From the NCBI GenBank assembly GCA_017634595.1, contig JAGBNC010000009.1:5559-69558 (forward strand): DNA of 64,000 nucleotides, in the 5' to 3' direction. This DNA is from Bacteroidales bacterium (GTDB taxonomy: Bacteria > Bacteroidota > Bacteroidia > Bacteroidales > UBA932). The position numbers were made by a program, and so were the translations under genes. The notes under the pieces were generated by a model. It was not told the DNA's origin. It saw nothing but the letters and a program-made list of their open reading frames with translations, and searched no databases. Numbering within the stretch: position 1 is the first letter of the stretch; each line of letters opens with the position of its first letter. Below are positions 20,361 through 30,168 of the stretch, piece after piece.

Positions 20361-20959
20361 TGAAGAAAACCTACGAGCCACTGCCGATGGTCATGAACGG
20401 CCGTTACGCCGTCCTGTTCGGGAAGCTGTCGCCAAAGGAGAAGGAGGACACGCTCTCCCGGATGGCCGAGCTCATCGAGGAGGAAAGCGATTACGAGGAC
20501 AAGGGCAATTACGGCCATTTCTGCAATATCCTTCCCACCATCGCGATCGACGAGGCGCTCCAGAAGAACGGGAAAACGCCGGAGGAGGCCTTCGAGTTGA
20601 TTTCCAAGCATATGTGGGCGGCCCTCACCCCGGAGTCCTTCCGGAAGATGTCACGCTTCCGCTTCTTTATGCCGCTGATGAAAAAGATCATCCCGCTGGG
20701 CTTCAAGTACGGCTCCGGCAAGGGCTGGAAGTACGCCTGGCACAAAGACGATTCGGCCGACATCTACCACTTCGAGTGCCTGGAGTGCCTCTACAAGTAC
20801 GAGTTCGCCAAGCACGGCGTCCTGGAGCGCTTTGGGCCCATGTTCTGCCACAGCGACATCATCAACTACGGCAACCTGCACAACATCGATTTCATCCGGA
20901 CCCAGACCCTGGGCAAAGGAGGGGACTGCTGTGACTTCAAGATGGAATTGATCAAGTGA
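20360..20959 (+). CDS. L-2-amino-thiazoline-4-carboxylate (ATC) hydrolase-like protein
   Basis: C-terminal CLYK...FCHSD...DFIRTQTLGKGGDCCDF pattern. True start at MKKTYEP, not 20018. Confidence 0.75.
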   Translation: MKKTYEPLPMVMNGRYAVLFGKLSPKEKEDTLSRMAELIEEESDYEDKGNYGHFCNILPTIAIDEALQKNGKTPEEAFELISKHMWAALTPESFRKMSRFRFFMPLMKKIIPLGFKYGSGKGWKYAWHKDDSADIYHFECLECLYKYEFAKHGVLERFGPMFCHSDIINYGNLHNIDFIRTQTLGKGGDCCDFKMELIK

Positions 20960-20982
20960 TAATTTAAAAGGGGTAGGACATT

Positions 20983-21480
20983 ATGCTATTAACGTTATTT
21001 CTTGCGATCGCTTTTTGTGCGGCCATCACCATGATGCTGCTGTCGGCGGTGGTTTTCATTCAGGATAAGAAGTTCTTCTCTTCAGCGCCAAAAGAAGCGC
21101 AGGCACTCATCCGGCCGAGGACGGAAGAACTGTTTCACGGTGCGAGGACGATGGGCTGGGTGCTGATGGTCATAAGCATCCTGACGATAATGGGAGTGGG
21201 TGTGGTATCGATCTGGGACGGATTCAGAGAGGGGTACACGTTCGCTAAATTCTTCACAAGGTTTCTGATCATATTTACTGTCTACAAAGCTTATGACATG
21301 ATATTCATCGACTGGTTCCTTCTTTGCAGATTCCGGTTCTTCCAGCATTTCTATCCCGAGGTGGAGAGCGTATTCGATGGCAGGAAGTACGGATTCAACC
21401 TGAAAAGCCAGCTGTTGAAACTTCTCGTCATTTTCCCCGCGGCATCAGCACTTGCGGCGTGGGTTTGTACCATTGTCTGA
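20983..21480 (+). CDS. Hypothetical membrane protein
   Basis: 165 aa with four hydrophobic segments; operonic spacing. Confidence 0.75.
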   Translation: MLLTLFLAIAFCAAITMMLLSAVVFIQDKKFFSSAPKEAQALIRPRTEELFHGARTMGWVLMVISILTIMGVGVVSIWDGFREGYTFAKFFTRFLIIFTVYKAYDMIFIDWFLLCRFRFFQHFYPEVESVFDGRKYGFNLKSQLLKLLVIFPAASALAAWVCTIV

Positions 21481-21497
21481 AAAAGGAACGACACCCC

Positions 21498-22364
21498 ATG
21501 TCCAGAAAAGCATCGCAATTCCAAAAGAAAGCCATGTCGCGCATCTATCGCGGCAAAGAGATCTTCAAGCCCTTGAACACGGGCCGTATCGACGAGCACG
21601 TCTCCTGTATCCGCGAATGGATCGCCAACATCTTCTTCTATACCAAGAACGGCACCACCATCATGATAGATGCGGGTTATAACTATGATCGTCTGGCCGA
21701 GAAAATGTCCTGGCTGGACATCAATCCTGCCGATATCAAAGACGTGCTTATCACTCACCAGGATACGGACCATGTGGGCGCTCTGGAAAGGGACAGCGAC
21801 GGGTTGCTCTCGCACGCCACCCTGCACATCGGCGAAATCGAGAACCGTTATCTTACCGGCGAGGTCCGCCGTAAGGTTTTCTTCGGCTGCTACACACTCC
21901 CGCAGGTATATATCGACAACCATCGCCATCTATTGCAGGACGGTGACGTGTTCTCCATCGGCGACATCAAGGTGGAAGCCATCCTGGTCCCCGGTCATAC
22001 CCTCGGCCACATGGTCTATCTCATTGACGACAAGTACCTTTTCACCGGAGACACCCTATGGTTCGGGGCCGATGGCGGCTACAGTTTCATCAATGTCCTG
22101 GCCGTGGATAACAAACTGGCCAGACGCTCCCTGGCGGATCTGGAGAACAGGCTGCGGAGCAGGGACCTGGCGCCGCTCATCATCACCGGCCATACCGGAT
22201 GGACGGACAATTTGGACTGGGCCTTCGCCCATCGCGGCGAGGTGTGCAATTCACTGCGCCGCAAGCCACGGGTCCATGACCCCGAAGCACCCTATGACGG
22301 ATACGATGAATCTGATGACACCGAGGCGAAAGCGCGCTCCTGCCGTTTGAAGAAGCAGCACTGA
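21498..22364 (+). CDS. MBL-fold metallo-hydrolase
   Basis: IDAGY, THQDTDH, PGHTLGH, LFTGD and a final TGH. Start at MSRKAS. Confidence 0.9.
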   Translation: MSRKASQFQKKAMSRIYRGKEIFKPLNTGRIDEHVSCIREWIANIFFYTKNGTTIMIDAGYNYDRLAEKMSWLDINPADIKDVLITHQDTDHVGALERDSDGLLSHATLHIGEIENRYLTGEVRRKVFFGCYTLPQVYIDNHRHLLQDGDVFSIGDIKVEAILVPGHTLGHMVYLIDDKYLFTGDTLWFGADGGYSFINVLAVDNKLARRSLADLENRLRSRDLAPLIITGHTGWTDNLDWAFAHRGEVCNSLRRKPRVHDPEAPYDGYDESDDTEAKARSCRLKKQH

Positions 22365-22418
22365 TTTTGACCTTGTTAGAATTATGCAGGGTCCTTTTCT
22401 TTTGGTATCTTCGCACTT

Positions 22419-22649
22419 ATGATTCTGAACACCGGAGGACGGACGGATACTGTCCAGTATTATAGCGAGTGGCTGCTGAACCGCTTCCGGGAGGGGTACG
22501 TCCTGTCCCGGAATCCGCTGTTCCCGAACATCGTGAACCGGATTGATCTGAATCCGGAGGTGCTGGATGTGGTGGTGTTCTGCTCCAAAGACTACAGCCC
22601 CATCCTTCCGCGCGTGCCTTCCATTGAGGACAGCATCCGGACTGTTTGA
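22419..22649 (+). pseudogene. DUF1848-family remnant (internally deleted, truncated)
   Basis: MILNTGGRTDTVQYYSEWLLNRFREGYVLSRNP is a DUF1848 N-terminus; PILPR is joined directly to VPSIEDSI; stops at 76 aa. Confidence 0.8.
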
Positions 22650-22725
22650 TTAGAATTCAGTATCTGATGCGCATCGATGCGGAAGCGCCTCGGCTACGCA
22701 GTCGGTGAGTTCATGAAGATAGCGG

Positions 22726-23616
22726 CTAGTACTCAAAGTCTAGGTCGTAATCTAAACTCAGACGCAAAACGGGCGTTTCTGCTACAAGGGTCTTCTTGAC
22801 GTTAGTTATAGGGCTGCCGGAGTAGCTGAAGTCATATACTCTATCCTTGGAAGGAGTTATGTGGGAGGGCAGGTTCTTGCTCAGGCAGTCTATACCTTCA
22901 AAGTCGAAAATTATTCCGGTGTATGGATGAATCAAGAATATGAAACCATGCAGGGGATTGTCGATATTGGTGTATTCGATGTCGTATTCGCAATCATCGA
23001 CACTTTCTTTATCCCCGTCCTTTGTTACTATGTGGCGACTGGTTTTTACTACGTTGCCGCCTTCCCAGGTATAGGTGCGGGTGCCTTTGCGAGTGATCTC
23101 TTTGCCTTCTTCGACCTCATTCTTAGTCCAGGAATCCTCTTCAATTGTCTTAAGAAGGCCGTTTTCCCAGGTGAAGTCCAGGCTCTCCCTTGAGATAAGC
23201 TGGGCGTCGCCGGTTTTTATGGTTCCCTCTGAATGGGCAAGCATCCCTTTATCATCGTATGTAAGTACACGGCTGAAATCCCTACCACCATCACAAATTA
23301 CACGATATATACGGCCGAAGTCATCATATTCGAAAGAGTAAGAAAAGTCCCTGTCGTGATTGTCCAATCCTTCCAGACGGTTTCCTTCCCAGAAGAACTC
23401 ATGCTTCAGGATACGAGCATTTGTCTGCTGCTTCTGCGTTTTCCATTCCTTGCCGACAAAAATTTCAGTCTTGATGCTGGAAGTCTCATAAACATTGGTG
23501 ACTTTTTGATCAGGTTGAGTGCTGGGATAATCCTTCCTGTCGTCATCCTTGGTGCAAGCCGCCATGACAAGAGCTGCCGCCATAATAGAAAGGACAGTAA
23601 TACTTCTGTAATTCAT
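22726..23616 (-). CDS. Beta-rich lipoprotein (DUF4595/YD-like strands)
   Basis: Lipobox VMAA-C; repeated FEYDDFGR / TYDDKG / YTWEGG strand motifs. Confidence 0.7.
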   Translation of the reverse strand: MNYRSITVLSIMAAALVMAACTKDDDRKDYPSTQPDQKVTNVYETSSIKTEIFVGKEWKTQKQQTNARILKHEFFWEGNRLEGLDNHDRDFSYSFEYDDFGRIYRVICDGGRDFSRVLTYDDKGMLAHSEGTIKTGDAQLISRESLDFTWENGLLKTIEEDSWTKNEVEEGKEITRKGTRTYTWEGGNVVKTSRHIVTKDGDKESVDDCEYDIEYTNIDNPLHGFIFLIHPYTGIIFDFEGIDCLSKNLPSHITPSKDRVYDFSYSGSPITNVKKTLVAETPVLRLSLDYDLDFEY

Positions 23617-23771
23617 AATATTTGAGAATAATTGTTAGTTCTACGCTAATGTATTTTGCTCGGCAAAGTTAGCTTTTTTTAACAAATAACGCATCTGAAA
23701 AGCCCTAAAGGCATGATTGCATTCGTAACTTATTGAAAGATGGAACGGTACGGTAGCACCTGACATTGCTA

Positions 23772-24677
23772 TTAGCGTGTCATTTTTTTTCCAAGAAACT
23801 CGGATGGAGTAATGCCGGTCACCTTCTTGAAGAGACGGGTGAAGTGGTGCGGGAACTCGAAGCCAAGGAGAAGGGCGGTTTCGCCAATGTTGTGGCCGTT
23901 CATTAGGAGGTTCTTGCCCTGTTCAATCACAAATGAATGGATGTATCCAATGGCCGTGCCGCCCGTGGATTTGTGAATCACATCACCCAGGTAACGTGGT
24001 GAATAGGCCAACTGCCCCGCGCAGTACTGGACGGAGGGAATGCCGATTTCCATTTGTCTGCCGTCCAGATAATACTCCCGCAGCAGGTTGTGGAAGCGTT
24101 TCAGGATGTCCGATGAGGTCTTGTCTTCCTTGGAGAGCTGGCGTTGATAGATGCGCTGGCAGTATTCCAAGATCAGGCGGATGTAACCCAAAATTACGTT
24201 CCTAAGTGCCGGGGAATCCTCGTTCTCCTGAAGCTCGTGCCTGAGCTGTGTGAGCAGCTGAATGATACGGCCCCATTCCGCCGGTTCCATTATTAAGGTC
24301 TCGGTAGAGAAATAGGAGAAGAAGTGATACTCCTTCATCCTGTATTCCAGATCGGTTCCGCGTACCAGTTCAGGAGAGAACAGCAGAACCCATCCGCTGA
24401 TATAGAGGTCCTCGCCATTGTCTTCCTTGCCGCCGATTTGACCCGGCTCCACAGCGAAGATTGACCCTTCGGCAGCATCGAACATCTTCATGCCATAGGT
24501 GAGTTGCTTGGGAAAGTTTCGCTGTATGAAGAGTCCGTAAACGCCATATCGGTTAAGGCTGGTACGGACTGGCGATACTTCGTCATAGTGGATGATGCTT
24601 ACCAGGGGATGCAATTCCGGAGCCCCTACTGAATGGGCGTAAACATTGGGGCTGGTGATATGGAGAATGCTCTTCAT
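23772..24677 (-). CDS. AraC-family transcriptional regulator
   Basis: HPLVSIIH N-terminus; SPRYLGD...LGFEFPHHFTRLFKKVTGITPSEF. Confidence 0.93.
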   Translation of the reverse strand: MKSILHITSPNVYAHSVGAPELHPLVSIIHYDEVSPVRTSLNRYGVYGLFIQRNFPKQLTYGMKMFDAAEGSIFAVEPGQIGGKEDNGEDLYISGWVLLFSPELVRGTDLEYRMKEYHFFSYFSTETLIMEPAEWGRIIQLLTQLRHELQENEDSPALRNVILGYIRLILEYCQRIYQRQLSKEDKTSSDILKRFHNLLREYYLDGRQMEIGIPSVQYCAGQLAYSPRYLGDVIHKSTGGTAIGYIHSFVIEQGKNLLMNGHNIGETALLLGFEFPHHFTRLFKKVTGITPSEFLGKKMTR

Positions 24678-24805
24678 TGCTCTTTAAAAGGTATGGATTC
24701 ATGCAAATATATGAAGTATTCTGCGATATTGGTAAATATTAGACAAAAATAGGTAAGATAATACAGTGCAGACCGATTACCTTTGTAACATAAAAACACA
24801 GTGAT

Positions 24806-25885
24806 ATGGCTATCAAGAATTTAATCACAGTTTCCATAGCAGCACTGACACTGCTGGCCTGCAATTCAAGCACAACCGAGAATATGAGTACACTGAATCT
24901 TACCCAGGATTGGGACAAGACCTTCCCGAAATCCGAACTTGTAAACCACTGCAAGCTTACCTTCCATAACCGCTATGGCATTGAGCTGGCGGCAGATATG
25001 TATGTTCCCAAGGATGCCGACGGCAAGCTTCCCGCCATTGCGGTGAGCGGCCCCTTCGGCGCAGTGAAAGAGCAAAGCAGCGGCCTCTATGCACAGCACA
25101 TGGCAGAGCGTGGCTTCGTGGCCATTGCCTTCGATCCTTCCTTTACCGGTGAATCCGGCGGTGAACCGCGCAGGATGGCTTCTCCGGACATCAATACTGA
25201 AGACTTCCTGGCTGCGGTGGACTTCCTTTCCACCTGCGAGCTGGTGGATCCTGAACGCATCGGCATCATTGGCATCTGCGGTTTCGGCGGCATGGCAGTG
25301 AATGCAGCAGCGCTCGACCCGCGCATCAAGGCCACAGTGGCATCTACGATGTACGACATGAGCAAGGTGAATGTCGAGGGGTACTTCGCCAGTGAGGATA
25401 CTCCCGCACAGCGTCAGGAAAAGCGCCGCGCTCTGGCTGCCCAGCGCACGAAGGATTATGCCTCAGGAACTTATGAGCGCGCCGGCGGTGTCATCGATCC
25501 GCTTCCTGAAGATGCGCCATGGTTCGTCAAAGACTATCACGCTTATTACAAGACAGCTCGTGGCTATCACAAGCGCAGCGGCAACTCCAACGACGGCTGG
25601 AATGTTATCGGTTGCCAAAGTTTCATGAACCAGCCCCTCCTGGCCTGGGCGCATGAAATCGAGAATCCCGTGCTTCTTATCCACGGCGAGAAGGCCCACA
25701 GCCGCTATTTCAGCGAGTATGCCTTTGAGCGTATGACTGGAAAGCATGTCGTCGGCGAGAGTGCCAAAGCAGGCAACAAGGAACTACTTATCATCCCTGG
25801 AGCATCTCATGTGGACCTGTACGACGATGTGGCGGGAGTGATTCCTTACGACAAGATCGAGGCTTTCTTCAAATTACACAATTAG
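24806..25885 (+). CDS. Alpha/beta hydrolase lipoprotein (YcjY-like)
   Basis: SGPFGAVKEQ, FDPSFTGESGG, nucleophile elbow GICGFG, HGEKAHS and HVDLYD; lipobox LLA-C. Confidence 0.9.
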   Translation: MAIKNLITVSIAALTLLACNSSTTENMSTLNLTQDWDKTFPKSELVNHCKLTFHNRYGIELAADMYVPKDADGKLPAIAVSGPFGAVKEQSSGLYAQHMAERGFVAIAFDPSFTGESGGEPRRMASPDINTEDFLAAVDFLSTCELVDPERIGIIGICGFGGMAVNAAALDPRIKATVASTMYDMSKVNVEGYFASEDTPAQRQEKRRALAAQRTKDYASGTYERAGGVIDPLPEDAPWFVKDYHAYYKTARGYHKRSGNSNDGWNVIGCQSFMNQPLLAWAHEIENPVLLIHGEKAHSRYFSEYAFERMTGKHVVGESAKAGNKELLIIPGASHVDLYDDVAGVIPYDKIEAFFKLHN

Positions 25886-25889
25886 TTCG

Positions 25890-25985
25890 TATCTTTGCAT
25901 CGCGCATCGGAGGCTGGCAGTCGGTACTGCCAAAGCCGGATAAGATGTCGGGACCGCCCGGTTGTCTTGTCCGGCGCTTTTTGTT
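25890..25985 (+). ncRNA. Candidate structured small RNA or attenuator
   Basis: TATCTTTG promoter at 25890, then hairpin GGCAGT/ACTGCC and a long hairpin GCCGGATAAGAT...GTCTTGTCCGGC with a T-tract. Confidence 0.35.
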
Positions 25986-26055
25986 ATAAAAGGGTAGTGA
26001 GAATTATGTCAAAAGAAATGAAAAACCTGGAAAGGGACAGCATCTTTGTCGGCCA

Positions 26056-26080
26056 GGGAGCGCAATCACTGCGCTTCCGG
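26056..26080. repeat. REP-like hairpin, copy 1
   Basis: GGGAGCGCAATCACTGCGCTTCCGG; 24/25 identical to 61762-61786. Confidence 0.7.
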
Positions 26081-26109
26081 GGTTTCCACCAGCACCTCCC
26101 ACCAGCCGC

Positions 26110-26365
26110 CACGTTTGTCATTGCGGCGGGCCTGGATTTGCCGTTTCCGGGCCCGATTGGCGGTTTCTGAGCTCCTGCGGGCCTGGATTTGCCGTTTCCG
26201 GGCCGGATTTGCGGTTTCTGTGCTCCGGCTGGCCTGGATTTGCCGTTTCCGGGCCGGATTTGCGGTTTCTGTGCTCCGGCTGGCCTGGGTCTGCTGGTCC
26301 TTATGGCCGGTGTATACAAAATGCCGATTTGCCGTTTTGTTTTAATTACTTAATTTTGCAGTTAG
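26110..26365 (+). repeat. 51-bp tandem-repeat element with promoter tail, copy 2
   Basis: Units start at 26126, 26177, 26228 and 26279 (partial). Tail contains TTTG (26328)-N19-TAATTTTG (26351). Confidence 0.9.
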
Positions 26366-26387
26366 ATAAATCGGTATTTACTTTACA

Positions 26388-26768
26388 ATGGCTCTTAAAT
26401 TTCCCCGTACTGCTATGATAGTTACTATCGTTATTATTGCTGCCACTTTCCTTGTCGTGGTGGGTGTAATGCTGGCCTATTGGCCCAAGGGCATCTCGGT
26501 CAACGAGAACAACCAAATCCAGTTGGGCACGTACATAGGCAAGCCGCGTCTTATTCCTGCTGATGAAATATCTATCACTGACATGCCAGAGGGCCTGTTG
26601 AACCATCTGATCAGGACCAACGGCATGAGCCTTGGCAAAATCAACTACGGCCACTTCAAGAACACAAAAACCGGGCAGAAGATGTTCCTCTATCTCACCG
26701 GTAAGGAAAGCAAAATCTGCTTTACTTACAATGGGGAGTTATATGTTGTGGATGATTGGCGACAGTAG
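26388..26768 (+). CDS. Membrane-anchored bacterial PH-domain protein
   Basis: N-terminal TM helix; IRTNGMSLGKINYGHFK and FLYLT pattern. Confidence 0.7.
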   Translation: MALKFPRTAMIVTIVIIAATFLVVVGVMLAYWPKGISVNENNQIQLGTYIGKPRLIPADEISITDMPEGLLNHLIRTNGMSLGKINYGHFKNTKTGQKMFLYLTGKESKICFTYNGELYVVDDWRQ

Positions 26769-26780
26769 TTAAAGTCCCTG

Positions 26781-26832
26781 TTTATTGGTATAACAAGGCC
26801 CCAGTAGTCCTAATGGATTGCCGGGGCTTTGT
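26781..26832. repeat. 52-bp hairpin repeat, copy 1
   Basis: 49/52 identical to 62429-62480; all differences fall in the loop. Confidence 0.85.
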
Positions 26833-26859
26833 GAAAATATATATAATGAAAGCGCTTGT

Positions 26860-27441
26860 TTACTGCTCGTCAATGGCGGCTTTTACGTTGGCACGGAACT
26901 GCTTCACATGCTTCTCCACACGGTTGATGCCGCAGAGGGCTACCAGATAGGAGACGCCCGTGGAGATGATACCCAGGCCGATGAGCCAGGAGAGGGTAGC
27001 GCCTGCAACGTCAGGATTCTTGAGGCCGAAGAAGCCAAGGACGGCTCCGGCAATACCCAGAAGGAGAACACCCCACCAGGCGGAGAAGCCGGCCTGCTTG
27101 TAGTCAAAGCTCTGGACGGCAACGATGATGCCCTCGATAAGAACCCACCAGGCGAATATTACCGGCAGGGATACAGTCACGAAGAGATTGTGTCCCAGGA
27201 AGATGATACCGAGGATAATCTGCAGGATGGAGGACAGCATGCGAGTGCCGCTGTTGGGAAGATAGGCCTGCGTCTTGAAGGTAAAGATGAGCTGCGAGAT
27301 ACCGCTGAAGAGGGTGAAGCAACCGATCATCCAAGCAGTTGAAAACAGTGTTGCAGCAGGATTGGCAATGCAAACGATGCCCAGGACGATGAGGAGGATG
27401 CCGGCGACGGCCAGCCAGATTTTGGTACTTGTCTTAATCAT
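26860..27441 (-). CDS. HdeD/DUF308-family membrane protein
   Basis: Repeated GILLIVLGIVC...NP...W..G units; about six TM helices. Start at MIKTST. Confidence 0.85.
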   Translation of the reverse strand: MIKTSTKIWLAVAGILLIVLGIVCIANPAATLFSTAWMIGCFTLFSGISQLIFTFKTQAYLPNSGTRMLSSILQIILGIIFLGHNLFVTVSLPVIFAWWVLIEGIIVAVQSFDYKQAGFSAWWGVLLLGIAGAVLGFFGLKNPDVAGATLSWLIGLGIISTGVSYLVALCGINRVEKHVKQFRANVKAAIDEQ

Positions 27442-27461
27442 GATTAACGAATTATTTGGTG

Positions 27462-28211
27462 TTAGTTTTTGATCCAGGTGATGCGTTCCCAAATTCCACG
27501 CGGAATGAGTCGCCAGAAAAAAGTTGCCACGCGGAAACGCCAGTCAAATGTATAGACGCGTTTTTTGCGTCTCAAGGCTTTCATGATGTGGTCCGTGGCC
27601 TTTTCCTTGGACATCAGCATAGGGTAGTGCTTGTCGGGATTCAAGATATCCGTCGCCACGAATCCGGGCCGGATGTCCGTAAACCGGACCGGGATATGCT
27701 CCATTCTGGAAAGTTGGGCCAGGGCCGAAAGGTAAGTACTCTGCATCCTTTTGGTTGCTGAATACGCAGGGGCTGTCCCAAGTGCCGCGACACCGGCAAC
27801 GGAGGTAATGACCGCCACGTGTGCCTGATTGGCATAAGCATATTCATGGCTCCTGACATAGCCGATGAAATGATCCACCATTCGCACCATGCCTTCGCAG
27901 TTGGTACGTACCGTGCGAATCTCCTTTTCCAGATTCAGCTCCCGGTTCTGGTAGCCAACGCCTGAGGCATAGAAGAACAGATTCGGAGCCCCGGTCTGAT
28001 CCAGAAGAGTATCCAGCGCCTGAACGGAATCGTCACGAGTGACATCCATTGTGGAAATAAACACTTTATCAGCACCATATTGTGAGCGGAAGGCTTCCAA
28101 GGCCCCCGTCCTGCGTCCGGTAATACCAACCTTCCAACCGCCCTCGACGAGGCGGACTGCAACTTCACGTCCGATGCCGGAAGTGGCTCCGATGATGATG
28201 GCTGTGTTCAT
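27462..28211 (-). CDS. SDR-family oxidoreductase
   Basis: IIIGATSGIG, catalytic YSATK, IRPGFVAT. Confidence 0.92.
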   Translation of the reverse strand: MNTAIIIGATSGIGREVAVRLVEGGWKVGITGRRTGALEAFRSQYGADKVFISTMDVTRDDSVQALDTLLDQTGAPNLFFYASGVGYQNRELNLEKEIRTVRTNCEGMVRMVDHFIGYVRSHEYAYANQAHVAVITSVAGVAALGTAPAYSATKRMQSTYLSALAQLSRMEHIPVRFTDIRPGFVATDILNPDKHYPMLMSKEKATDHIMKALRRKKRVYTFDWRFRVATFFWRLIPRGIWERITWIKN

Positions 28212-29050
28212 AATTCTATGACATGCGGTTTGATGTCAGGGTCATGATTGGCGAGGGACTCTACGCATTCAGGAAGCATGCTTTGCTCCCTGATCCACTG
28301 GAGGGACTGGCGCTGGAGTTTCTTGTCCTGGCATACGCCGGAAGTGATCATCTGCTCCCAGGATTTGCGGGCGTAGCCACCGTCGGAGAAGAGCAGGACG
28401 AACTTGCCTTCGTCGTCCTTAATCTTTACGGCACAAAGGCCTGCGCAGTGGCCGGGAATGTTCACCATCACCACGGAGCCGTCACCAAAGAGGTCGTATG
28501 AGCGTCCGACAGGTCCTTCCGTCCCATTCCAGTCGAAGAGTTCCAAGTCCATACCCTTCCACCAGCGCTCCTGATAACGGATGCGCTCGGTCAAACCCTT
28601 CTTGATGCTCGCCATCTCATCGCGGGCAACGAGGATATGTTTGGCTCCCATGAGCTGGGAGAGGCCGTTGGCGTGGTCGCAGTCCAGATGCGTAAGGAGT
28701 ACATAATCGATATCGGAGGGCTTAAGCCCCATCTTGGCCAGCTGCTCATCGATGGCCTGGCCTTTGGCTATTCGGCCCTGATTGACCATATAGAGCTGCC
28801 AGGAACACAGGGACTTGATCTGCGCCTTCCTGTCATAGACTCCGTCCGGGCTCATCTCGCGGTGCCATCCTGTATCGACAAGGATGCGTCCCTTTGGGTG
28901 TTCAACCAGATAGGCGCTCACCGGGAGCCAGATCCAGTCTTTCTTGGGAGTAGTGATGCCGGAGGCTTTTATAATACTGCACTTGTCTCCGCCGAAAGGG
29001 AGATAAGGAGAGACGTGAACTTCGCCTGTATGTAAGACGTGTATTTTCAT
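28208..29050 (-). CDS. N-acyl homoserine lactonase-like MBL hydrolase
   Basis: LVDTG, THLDCDH, PGHC, SDGGY and C-terminal NHD. Confidence 0.8.
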   Translation of the reverse strand: MKIHVLHTGEVHVSPYLPFGGDKCSIIKASGITTPKKDWIWLPVSAYLVEHPKGRILVDTGWHREMSPDGVYDRKAQIKSLCSWQLYMVNQGRIAKGQAIDEQLAKMGLKPSDIDYVLLTHLDCDHANGLSQLMGAKHILVARDEMASIKKGLTERIRYQERWWKGMDLELFDWNGTEGPVGRSYDLFGDGSVVMVNIPGHCAGLCAVKIKDDEGKFVLLFSDGGYARKSWEQMITSGVCQDKKLQRQSLQWIREQSMLPECVESLANHDPDIKPHVIEL

Positions 29051-29127
29051 GATGTTTGTGACTTGGGTACAAAGGTAGAACTTTGTTTTGGGTTAGTGAT
29101 TGCCGATTTGACTGAAAATATTATCTA

Positions 29128-30045
29128 TTGGTAAGAATTAGCTGCGCGTATTTGAAAACTATGAGTAATTTGATTACTTTTGTGGCCGAAATGCGTAGCA
29201 GACCCAATATCGAAGAACTATCTATCGCTTTCCTGAGGGAAGAAGTCAATTACGACGTTGTCGGAGATTACTTCTCCCACGACGACTTCGGTATCATTAT
29301 GGACTACCGTTGGGCGAAAGGTCCTCTTTTGCATGCCGACCGTCCTTACCGTCTGTCGGGAGCACGTCTGATGCGGGTGCTGGAAGGGAGCATCCGGTAC
29401 AGGATCAACCTGCTGGAATATACTGCTTCAAGAGGACAAGTCATCTGGATTCCCGATGCTGCGCTGGTGGAGTTCCTGTCGGCCACGGAGGATTACCGCC
29501 TACAGGCCATCACCTTCAATGACAAACATCACAGGCGGGAGGATGCTAGAGTGTTCACCATATCGGAGGCAGAATGGCATCAGTTGGACAGTCTGGCTAT
29601 TCTAATTCGCAGCGTGGCCGGGAATGAGCCCTTCCCGAAGCATGTTGTTGAAGATTTGATATCGGCCTATCTGGGTATCCTGGAGCAATCGGCCACATTC
29701 AATGCTGCTCCGGCGCCGCTACCGGCGCGCAAAGAGCAGTTGTTCGGGCAGTTCATCTCATTGGTTGGCACACATTTTCGCGAGCACAGGGATACAGCTT
29801 TCTATGCCCGGCAGCTTTGCCTTGCATCGCACTATCTGAGCCCTCTCATCAGACAGGCCAGCGGAGAGTCGCCGTCCACCTGGATCACCAAAGCCGTGAT
29901 CTCCGAGGCAAAAGTTCTGCTTAAACAATCCGACAAGACCGTCCTGCAGATTTCAGAAGAATTGGGCTTCCCAAACGCTCCCTTCTTCTGCCGCTATTTC
30001 AAGCGTGAAACCGGAATGACGCCTAGTGAGTATAGGGAAAGGTAA
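29128..30045 (+). CDS. AraC-family transcriptional regulator (start uncertain, possibly 29161 or 29191)
   Basis: FYARQLCLASHYLS...ISEELGFPNAPFFCRYFKRETGMTPSEYR. Confidence 0.9.
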   Translation: MVRISCAYLKTMSNLITFVAEMRSRPNIEELSIAFLREEVNYDVVGDYFSHDDFGIIMDYRWAKGPLLHADRPYRLSGARLMRVLEGSIRYRINLLEYTASRGQVIWIPDAALVEFLSATEDYRLQAITFNDKHHRREDARVFTISEAEWHQLDSLAILIRSVAGNEPFPKHVVEDLISAYLGILEQSATFNAAPAPLPARKEQLFGQFISLVGTHFREHRDTAFYARQLCLASHYLSPLIRQASGESPSTWITKAVISEAKVLLKQSDKTVLQISEELGFPNAPFFCRYFKRETGMTPSEYRER

Positions 30046-30168
30046 ATCCCCATTTCTCGGTCTGTTTTACTAATCCCTCCATAAGCTCCTACCAAGTTTC
30101 CACCTGCCCGGCTCACTTCTCCCCAAAAATGTGTAAGTTTGTAAGTTTAATACGAGAGACAATAAGAA

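Noticed and set aside
20018-21497. Extended starts in the ORF track (20018, 21324; also 2233, 40800, 45836, 60117)
   Set aside because: The extensions overlap neighbouring genes or intergenic elements; family-like sequence begins at the downstream Met.
26110-26290. CRISPR array
   Set aside because: The units are directly tandem with no unique spacers, and no cas genes are present. The same applies to 31363-31465 and 40335-40425.
25895-26418. ORFs with 17-aa repeats (25984..26319, 26046..26345, 26209..26418; also 31157..31576 and 31267..31548)
   Set aside because: They are by-products of the 51-bp repeat being a multiple of 3; they are open in several frames on both strands.
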